From assembly GCA_001821395.1 (NCBI GenBank), contig MHLM01000003.1, positions 46,151 to 110,150 of the forward strand: DNA of 64,000 bases, read 5' to 3'. The stretch's first letter is position 1. The number at the start of each line of letters is the position of its first letter. Source of the DNA: Candidatus Lloydbacteria bacterium RIFCSPHIGHO2_02_FULL_50_18 (GTDB lineage Bacteria; Patescibacteriota; Minisyncoccia; Phycocordibacterales; UBA6899). Below, one piece after another: positions 57,064 to 64,000 of this stretch. The notes under the pieces were generated by a model. It was given only the letters and a program-made list of their open reading frames with translations, ran no database searches and had not been told where the DNA came from. The translations under genes and the position numbers were made by a program.

Positions 57064-58806
57064 ATGGAATCAAGGCTGCGAGATCATATTAACAGTGTGC
57101 TCACTGAGCTTGGCATGACCGACGTCGCTTTTGCATTAGAGCGTCCGGCGGATCTTTTGCATGGCGATTGGGCGACGAACGCCGCCATGGCAGGGGCAAA
57201 GAAGGCGGGTAAGAGCCCGCGTTCGCTTGCTGAGGAAATAAAAGTAAAACTTGAAGCAATAAATGATGAAGACATTGTCGCGATCGAAATAGCCGGCCCC
57301 GGATTCATCAACGTTAGGCTTTCAAAAACATATTTTGTCCGTGAATTGGAGACGACACTCGCGACGGAGAAGTACGGCAACAACGAAACCCTAAAAGGCA
57401 AAAAAGTGATCGTCGAATACACCGACCCTAACCCCTTCAAGGAATTTCATATCGGTCACTTGATGAGCAATACCATCGGTGAATCTATTTCCCGCATCAT
57501 CGAGGCTAGTGGCGCAGACACAAAACGCGCCTGCTATCAGGGCGACGTAGGCTTGCATGTTGCGAAGGCTATTCGATGGGTGTTAGAGGAAGAGAATATG
57601 GCAGAAAAAATCAGAGATGCTGTCGGTGGAGAGCCCGCCGAAACACTTCATGATTGGGAGTACTTACTTCAAACAGGAAAGGCGTACGCAAGGGGGAGTT
57701 CGGCATACGAAAAAAGTGATGTTGTGAAAGCCCAGATTGTTGAAATAAACAAAAAGCTATATACGAGGTCAGACCCTAAAGTAAATAAAATTTATGATGA
57801 GGGGAGAAAATTAAGTCTCGAATATTTTGAAACAATCTACAAACGTCTCGGTACTAATCATGGCGATGGAAAAGCATTCAATTTTTATTTCTTCGAATCT
57901 GAGACTGGAGTATTCGGTAAAGAAGTTGTTGAAAAATATCCGGATATTTTTGAAAAAAGCGATGGAGCGATCGTCTATAGGGGGGATGAGGCAAAGGGTC
58001 TGCACACACGCGTCTTCATCAACAAAGAGGGGCTGCCTACGTATGAAGCAAAAGAGCTGGGCTTGGCAAAGATAAAGTACGATGCGTTTCCCTACGATGT
58101 TTCTATCGTTGTTACCGGTAATGAGGTTAATGATTATTTCAGGGTTCTGCTTGATGCAATGAGCAAGGTGTTTCCCGAGCTTGCTGCAAAAACAGAGCAT
58201 TATTCCCATGGCATGCTTCGACTTCCGACGGGGAAGATGTCCTCGCGTACGGGCGATGTCATCACCGCCGAGTCGCTCATTGAGGAGACGAAGGAAAAAG
58301 CGCGTGCAAAGGTCGCTGAGAGTACTTTTTCTGATGCAGAGCGGGATGAGGTGGCGGAGCGTGTCGCGATCGGTGCGATCAAGTATTCTATCCTCCGTCA
58401 GGCTGCGGGAAAAGACATTATATTTGATTTTGAACAATCCCTGTCATTCGAAGGAGATTCCGGACCTTACTTGCAATATACCTATGCTCGTACAAGGTCT
58501 CTGCTCGCGAAAGCGGGAGACAAAAAGTTGGATGTCGGCAGCATGGCAGGGGAGGATATTCCTTCGCTCCATAAGCATATGTTGCGTTTCCCTGAAGCGG
58601 TGCTTCGTGCGGAGGCGAGTCGCGAACCGCACCACATAGCGACCTATTTGATAGAGCTCGCGCGTGAATTCAATGCTTTCTATGCGAATAATCCGGTCAT
58701 CGGCAGCAGCGATGAGGGTTACAAACTCGCACTCGTACAAATGACCTCCCGCATCCTTCGGCGCGGACTTGATCTTTTGGGTATCACTGCACCAGAGCGA
58801 ATGTGA
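57064..58806 (+). CDS. argS: arginine--tRNA ligase
   Basis: N-terminal Arg-tRNA-binding domain. HIGH-like FHIGHLMS. C-terminal DALR anticodon-binding domain. Confidence 0.9.
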   Translation: MESRLRDHINSVLTELGMTDVAFALERPADLLHGDWATNAAMAGAKKAGKSPRSLAEEIKVKLEAINDEDIVAIEIAGPGFINVRLSKTYFVRELETTLATEKYGNNETLKGKKVIVEYTDPNPFKEFHIGHLMSNTIGESISRIIEASGADTKRACYQGDVGLHVAKAIRWVLEEENMAEKIRDAVGGEPAETLHDWEYLLQTGKAYARGSSAYEKSDVVKAQIVEINKKLYTRSDPKVNKIYDEGRKLSLEYFETIYKRLGTNHGDGKAFNFYFFESETGVFGKEVVEKYPDIFEKSDGAIVYRGDEAKGLHTRVFINKEGLPTYEAKELGLAKIKYDAFPYDVSIVVTGNEVNDYFRVLLDAMSKVFPELAAKTEHYSHGMLRLPTGKMSSRTGDVITAESLIEETKEKARAKVAESTFSDAERDEVAERVAIGAIKYSILRQAAGKDIIFDFEQSLSFEGDSGPYLQYTYARTRSLLAKAGDKKLDVGSMAGEDIPSLHKHMLRFPEAVLRAEASREPHHIATYLIELAREFNAFYANNPVIGSSDEGYKLALVQMTSRILRRGLDLLGITAPERM

Positions 58807-58875
58807 TGATTGCGGTCAACTTGCGTTTCATCGTGATTTGCATACGATGGAGCAAGAAGTACAGAGGAGGTTGCG

Positions 58876-59652
58876 ATGAAAAAACTGATGTTGGGATTCG
58901 CCGGCGAAACGTCGAGCGGGAAGGGGACCGCCACTGATCTCGTGAAGGCATGGTATCCGGGCACGCCGTCATTCCGTTTCTCGGACTCCTTGCGTGATTT
59001 CTATAGACTGCTTCTGCAGAACTTTCCGCAGTTGCGCGAGCATAAGGTGCCGAGACTTTTTGAAGATCATGTGGCTGTCCGTTTGGTTGAAATACTGAAG
59101 CAGTCTTTTGGTTCCGATCTCGGTGCTACGGGGACTCGCTACGTTGCGTTTCATGAATTTGCCTACTGGCTCGTCGGACGGTTCATGCCGCTCCACTCCG
59201 GTTCTTGGCCGGAGACGGCGAGTACTGCCGACCTGCAGGGTATCTCAACAGCGGTCCGGAAATTTTTTGGAGAGGACACCCTTGAGCGCGCGATCATGTT
59301 TCGTGTCGCACAAAGCGGTATTGAACAGCCGTGTGTCATCATCGAAGGGATCCGTCGAATGGTCGACATCAGCACGCTCATGAATGATCCGAATGTACCG
59401 TTCCGCCTTACGTATGTCGAGGCCGAGCCTTCCATCCGCTTTGAACGGCACCAGTTACGGAATGAAAAGCCGGGTGATGACAAACTCTCGTTCGCGCAGT
59501 TCCTCGAACTGGGACAGGCCGAAGCGGAGGGAGAGATTCGCTCGTTGCGTCCGCACGCACATGCGATCATCCCGAACGATGGAACTCCAAAAAACTTTGA
59601 ACGCAGACTCAAGAAGGTCGTCATGAAGATGGTGGCAGAAATACTCCAATGA
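58876..59652 (+). CDS. P-loop NMP-kinase-like protein (paralog 2)
   Basis: Walker A LGFAGETSSGKGT, RFSDSLRD, IEGIRRMVD. Parallels paralog 1 (RFSSMLRD, IDGVRRLED). Confidence 0.5.
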   Translation: MKKLMLGFAGETSSGKGTATDLVKAWYPGTPSFRFSDSLRDFYRLLLQNFPQLREHKVPRLFEDHVAVRLVEILKQSFGSDLGATGTRYVAFHEFAYWLVGRFMPLHSGSWPETASTADLQGISTAVRKFFGEDTLERAIMFRVAQSGIEQPCVIIEGIRRMVDISTLMNDPNVPFRLTYVEAEPSIRFERHQLRNEKPGDDKLSFAQFLELGQAEAEGEIRSLRPHAHAIIPNDGTPKNFERRLKKVVMKMVAEILQ

Positions 59653-59657
59653 CCGAA

Positions 59658-59685
59658 GACCCCGCATGATCGCGGGGCTTTTCTT
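59658..59685 (+). terminator. Rho-independent terminator
   Basis: ccccgc-atgatc-gcgggg plus CTTTT. Confidence 0.8.
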
Positions 59686-59745
59686 TTGAGATCAAGTGCG
59701 TACAATAACGCCAGAATGATGTTGTGTATTTGGAAAGGGAATCCC

Positions 59746-60075
59746 ATGAGTCTGAAGATCACTGCTGTCGCCGCGCACTATATTCTGGCGCGGGTCCGGA
59801 AAGATCAATTGCCGCTTCGTCTGAGCAGGAAAATAATGAACTGCTGCGGCAACATCTCTCCTCGCTTTGAACGGTCCGCACGGCAACTCCCCGGTGATAC
59901 TCTTGTAGAGGCATACGGATTGGCCCTCGTGTGCGACCTCACTCTCTACCCTGAATTCGCAGACGTCTCGGTCGATCTGTATCTCGGGAAAGAAGGTTTA
60001 TTTCTCTCTGAGAAAGTGGTGGTCATTCCGGATGGTGCACAGCTGTGCGGTTGCGGGGCAAGTATCGTGAAGTAA
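59746..60075 (+). CDS. hypothetical protein
   Basis: AAAGGGA SD before MSLKITAV. 110 aa. C-terminal CGCG. Confidence 0.4.
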   Translation: MSLKITAVAAHYILARVRKDQLPLRLSRKIMNCCGNISPRFERSARQLPGDTLVEAYGLALVCDLTLYPEFADVSVDLYLGKEGLFLSEKVVVIPDGAQLCGCGASIVK

Positions 60076-60173
60076 AAATGTTCGTCGGGAACGCGCAACG
60101 ATCTGTTGTGCGTTTTTTCTTAAATAGCATCTTTTTTGCAATGAGCCCCCAAAACGTATAGTATAATCTCCAC

Positions 60174-63100
60174 ATGGATGAAGAAGACAAAAAACGATCG
60201 ATCAATGAGCGGGAAGAGGCAGTGCTCGCATTTTGGAAAGAGCGAGATATTTTTGAAAAGTCGCTGCAGCAAAATGTGGGCAAAGACCCTTACGTTTTTT
60301 ATGACGGGCCCCCGTTCGCGACCGGACTTCCGCATTACGGGCATTTGCTCCAGAGTACGATCAAAGATCTCATTCCGCGTTATCAGACGATGCGTGGCCG
60401 CTACGTACGCCGAAAATGGGGCTGGGACTGCCATGGATTACCAATCGAGAATATCGTAGAAAAAGAGCTCGGCTTCAAGAGTAAAAAAGATATCGAAGAA
60501 TATGGCATCGAACAGTTCAATCAGATGGCGCGCGATAGTGTGCTCACCTATGACAAAGAGTGGAAAAGTGTCGTTCCGCGCATGGGGCGTTGGGTGGACA
60601 TGGAGCATGCCTACCGGACAATGGATGCATCCTACACAGAGAGTGTCTGGTGGGGGTTCAAGGCGCTGTACGACAAAAAGTTGATCTACGAGGGGTTCAA
60701 GTCGATGCATATCTGTCCGCGTTGTGAAACGACACTTGCTGTTTCGGAGGTTTCACAGGGGTACAAAGATATCAAGGACATTTCGGTCTATATAAAATTT
60801 GAACTCGTTGACGAACCGGGCACATTTCTCGTCGCGTGGACGACAACCCCATGGACTCTGCCGGGCAACGTCGCGGTTGCGGTCAATCCGGATATCACCT
60901 ATAGCAAGATCACTCATGAGGGATCAACTTATATCGTTGCAAAAGAACGATCGATAGAGGTAATGAAACGAGGTTTCGGAGAGCAATTTAGTTTTAACGG
61001 AGACGAGTTTAACACCATCGAAGGCAAAGAGCTCATCGGAAGATCCTACAAGCCGTTGTTTGATTATTATGTGAATGACGAGAAACTTGAGCATCGCGAA
61101 AATGCATGGAAGGTCGTCGGTGCCGACTTTGTAACAGTAGAGAGTGGGACGGGTATCGTGCATGAGGCTCCGGCATTTGGCGAGGAGGACATGGAGCTCG
61201 CAAAGAAATTGAAACTCCCGATGATCCAGCATGTCAGTATGGACGGCACGATGAAGCCGGAGGTAAGGGATTTTGCCGGCATGCATGTCAAACCCAAAAG
61301 TGACGACGATAAGGTCCGATTGAGTACCGACATCGCTGTGCTGAAGTATTTACAGGAGCATGGAACCTTTTTTGCGAAGGAGAACCTCACCCACTCATAT
61401 CCGCATTGCTGGCGCTGTGACACGCCGCTCTTGAATTACGCGGCATCCTCATGGTTCGTGAATGTGACCGCACTCAAACCGCGCTTGATTGAGGAGAACA
61501 AAGAGATCAATTGGATACCGGAAAATTTTCGTGATGGACGTTTCGGAAAATGGCTCGAGGGTGCACGCGATTGGGCGATATCACGCTCGCGGTTTTGGGG
61601 TGCACCGCTTCCTGTATGGAGATGCAATAAGTGCGGAAAGGTTGACGCGCTCGGGTCCCTCAATGAATTACGAGAGAAGATCGGAAGTTCCAATACCTAC
61701 ATGGTGATGCGCCACGGTGAGGCGGAATCGAATCTGAATAATATCGTGAGCTACAAACCGGAGGATGAGATCCATCTGACCGAGAAGGGCCGAGCTCAGG
61801 TGAAGGCGTCTGCCGTGAAGCTAAAGGAGAAAGGAATCGACCTCATCATTGTGTCGCCGGTACTCCGCACGAAAGAGACGGCGGATATCGTCGCGGATGT
61901 ACTTGGAATCGCGAAGAGTGAGATCGTTGTTGATTCGCGTATCACCGAAGTGAATACGGGTGATTTCAGCGGTTGTCCGATAGAGAATTATCGCGCCTAT
62001 TTTACTTCAACGCTTGAGAAATTCACCAAACCATGTCCGGGCGGAGAGACGCTTGAACAAATGCGTATGCGCATCGCGGCATTTCTTTACGATATCGAGG
62101 AGAAGTACCACGGCAGAAAGATACTCATTGTCACGCACGAATACGGTACGTGGATGATGGAGGCTGCGGCAAAAGGGGCAACGAATGAGGAGTCTGCTTT
62201 GATGCGTGAAGAGCAGGGAGAAGATTATATCGATTATGCCGAAGTGCACGTGCTCCCGTTCGTGAACATCCCACATAATCAACACTACGAGCTTGATTAT
62301 CATCGTCCGTATATCGACCGCGTGAATTATCACTGCTCCTGCGGTCTGGGTACAATGACGCGTATCCCCGAAGTCTTCGACTGCTGGTTCGAATCAGGCT
62401 CGATGCCCTATGCCCAGTTTCATTACCTGGGAGATGAAACAACGCCGGAAGGGAAGTTATTCGTGAAAAATTTTCCCGCGGATTTTATTTCCGAAGGTGC
62501 CGATCAAACACGCGGATGGTTTTACACAATGCTGATCCTATCGGTCGGACTTTTTGATCGTGCCGCGTTCAAGAGTGTCATCACGACCGGACTTGTTCTT
62601 GCGGAGGACGGGATGAAGATGTCAAAAAAGCTCAAGAACTATCCCGATCCGGTCGAGATGGCTGAGAAATACGGTGCCGACGCGGTACGTTTTTATATGC
62701 TCAATTCTCCTATTGTGCGCGGGGAAGAGCTTCGTTTTTCAGCGCTTGGTGTTGATGAAGTATTCAAGAAGATCACTATTCGTCTCGATAATGTCCGTTC
62801 ATTCCTTGAAATGTATGCAAAAGATGCGGTGATCGCTCGTGCTCAGCCGCGATCGAAGAATGTGCTCGACCGCTGGATCGTCGCACGCTGGTTTGAGATG
62901 CACGCTGAAGTGACGCATCATCTTGATACGCATGAGCTTGATAGAGCAACGCGTCCGATTATGCCGTTCCTTGATGACCTTTCAACGTGGTACCTGCGGC
63001 GTTCGAGGGACAGATTCAAGTCTGACGACATGGATGATCGCATTGCCGCAACGGAAACGACCGGCTGGATACTGCTTCAGTTCGCCCGCCTCATTGCACC

Positions 63101-63701
63101 CTTCATGCCGTTCATCGCCGAGGATCTTTATCAGCGTCTCGCCATTGAAGACAAGAAGGAGAGTGTGCACCTTGAGCATTGGCCGGATGTCGGTGTCGCA
63201 GCAAGCGGCATCCTGAGCGAAATGGAAGTCGTACGCAAAATGGTAGAGGTCGCCCTCGCGCTTCGCGCTGAATCGGGGATGAAAGTGCGTCAGCCACTCT
63301 CGGAACTCTCATACAACCTCGAAGACAAAAAAGTACTCAGCGATGAAATGCTCGGCATCATAGCAGATGAGGTGAATGTCAAACATGTCGTCTTTGACGA
63401 AGAGATACGTATCACGGCCGAGAACAATAGCGATCACAAGTTGAGCGATCATGCGGGGATGCTCGTTTCCCTCGACATTGCGCTTACTCCAGAACTGAAA
63501 GAAGAAGGACAACTCCGCGACCTCATCCGCACCATTCAGGACATGCGCAAGAAAGCAGGTCTCAATCCAAGTGATCGCATCACCGTGACTGCACCAAAGG
63601 ACCAAATCGTTCTCCTCGAAAAATACCGCACCGAAGCCTCTCCGATCATAGGTGCCGATAATTTTAGCGCTGGCATGGAACTCACCATCGCGAAGGTGTA
63701 G
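60174..63701 (+). CDS. ileS: isoleucine--tRNA ligase (type 2) with an inserted histidine-phosphatase (PGAM-like) domain
   Basis: HYGHLLQS (HIGH), WAISRSRFWGAPLP, KMSKKLKN. 1175 aa. About 209 aa (61704-62330) beginning MVMRHGEAESN and containing IVTHEYG lie between the zinc-knuckle halves WRCNKCG and YHCSCG. Confidence 0.9.
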   Translation: MDEEDKKRSINEREEAVLAFWKERDIFEKSLQQNVGKDPYVFYDGPPFATGLPHYGHLLQSTIKDLIPRYQTMRGRYVRRKWGWDCHGLPIENIVEKELGFKSKKDIEEYGIEQFNQMARDSVLTYDKEWKSVVPRMGRWVDMEHAYRTMDASYTESVWWGFKALYDKKLIYEGFKSMHICPRCETTLAVSEVSQGYKDIKDISVYIKFELVDEPGTFLVAWTTTPWTLPGNVAVAVNPDITYSKITHEGSTYIVAKERSIEVMKRGFGEQFSFNGDEFNTIEGKELIGRSYKPLFDYYVNDEKLEHRENAWKVVGADFVTVESGTGIVHEAPAFGEEDMELAKKLKLPMIQHVSMDGTMKPEVRDFAGMHVKPKSDDDKVRLSTDIAVLKYLQEHGTFFAKENLTHSYPHCWRCDTPLLNYAASSWFVNVTALKPRLIEENKEINWIPENFRDGRFGKWLEGARDWAISRSRFWGAPLPVWRCNKCGKVDALGSLNELREKIGSSNTYMVMRHGEAESNLNNIVSYKPEDEIHLTEKGRAQVKASAVKLKEKGIDLIIVSPVLRTKETADIVADVLGIAKSEIVVDSRITEVNTGDFSGCPIENYRAYFTSTLEKFTKPCPGGETLEQMRMRIAAFLYDIEEKYHGRKILIVTHEYGTWMMEAAAKGATNEESALMREEQGEDYIDYAEVHVLPFVNIPHNQHYELDYHRPYIDRVNYHCSCGLGTMTRIPEVFDCWFESGSMPYAQFHYLGDETTPEGKLFVKNFPADFISEGADQTRGWFYTMLILSVGLFDRAAFKSVITTGLVLAEDGMKMSKKLKNYPDPVEMAEKYGADAVRFYMLNSPIVRGEELRFSALGVDEVFKKITIRLDNVRSFLEMYAKDAVIARAQPRSKNVLDRWIVARWFEMHAEVTHHLDTHELDRATRPIMPFLDDLSTWYLRRSRDRFKSDDMDDRIAATETTGWILLQFARLIAPFMPFIAEDLYQRLAIEDKKESVHLEHWPDVGVAASGILSEMEVVRKMVEVALALRAESGMKVRQPLSELSYNLEDKKVLSDEMLGIIADEVNVKHVVFDEEIRITAENNSDHKLSDHAGMLVSLDIALTPELKEEGQLRDLIRTIQDMRKKAGLNPSDRITVTAPKDQIVLLEKYRTEASPIIGADNFSAGMELTIAKV

Positions 63702-63783
63702 TACTTGAGAACCCTTCAAGCTCTTGCGTATCACATAAAATTGTGATATAATGCGATTATATAAGTTCATTGAATATTTGGTG

Positions 63784-63908
63784 TTGGCCAGAGCAGAAAG
63801 TGCCCCAATTGAAGACGGACTAAGGTCTCTCCTTGGCTTTGAAAGGTGAGACCTTGAAGAAGTTCGTCCGTCTTTTATCAACGAGACTTTTTCTGCTCTG
63901 GCGCAACC
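63784..63908 (+). other. conserved structured hairpin element, copy 2, enclosed in an additional 17-bp outer stem
   Basis: Core gacggac-taa-ggtctc-t-cctt-ggctttga-aagg-t-gagacc-ttgaagaagtt-cgtccgtc-TTTT. Outer stem ttggccagagcagaaag / ctttttctgctctggcgcaa. Confidence 0.6.
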
Positions 63909-63947
63909 AATTTCGGTAAGGCTCGGGCAAATTTGAAAGGAATTGTC

Positions 63948-64000
63948 ATGACACAACGTGTCGCCGACAGTGAAATCGATCGCGCGATGAAAATTGCGCG
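63948..64000 (+). CDS. 5' end of an unidentified gene truncated by the window edge
   Basis: ATG then MTQRVADSEIDRAMKIA..., runs off the window. Confidence 0.3.
   Translation, partial: MTQRVADSEIDRAMKIA

Noticed and set aside
1-64000. Search for rRNA, tRNA and CRISPR arrays
   Set aside because: No rRNA-like conserved stretches, no cloverleaf candidates with a T-loop GTTCRA motif in the intergenic regions inspected, and no short regularly spaced direct repeats; none reported.

Overview
64-kb window from a bacterial genome. It is most consistent with a small-genome, fermentative, Patescibacteria/CPR-like (Parcubacteria-type) organism, but this is inferred from gene content only. Housekeeping content: secE-nusG-(inserted gene)-rplK with no rplA after rplK; dcd-like dCMP deaminase, tmk, argS, ileS; guaB, ftsH, murD, glmS, mscL. 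Energy metabolism module: 2-subunit 2-oxoacid:ferredoxin oxidoreductase, ADP-forming acetyl-CoA synthetase, NiFe hydrogenase (large subunit plus truncated small subunit), a NifU-ferredoxin-FAD oxidoreductase operon, and a glycerate kinase / PEP synthase / enolase / 2-hydroxyacid dehydrogenase cluster. Accessory content: (1) an AT-richer defense island of about 5.8 kb near the left end, made of a decayed serine-recombinase fragment, an AIPR-like protein, a FokI-like Type IIS R-M pair with a two-domain Dam-like methyltransferase, and a right junction that has truncated a beta-helix gene; (2) an 835-bp very AT-rich single-gene insertion bounded by 84-bp direct repeats that duplicate the 3' ends of two convergent host genes; (3) a PaaX-like (wHTH + Cas2-like) regulator bracketed by two long perfect palindromes sharing 13-bp arms; (4) a structured approximately 60-nt hairpin element present twice with compensatory stem changes and conserved unpaired segments; (5) an IleRS carrying a complete histidine-phosphatase (PGAM-like RHG...H) domain inserted between the two CxxC halves of its zinc knuckle; (6) an L,D-transpeptidase fused to a PBP5-like domain whose catalytic Ser and Lys are both replaced. 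No rRNA, tRNA or CRISPR array was recognised. Every family assignment comes from motif reading of the six-frame ORF track and needs a homology search to confirm.
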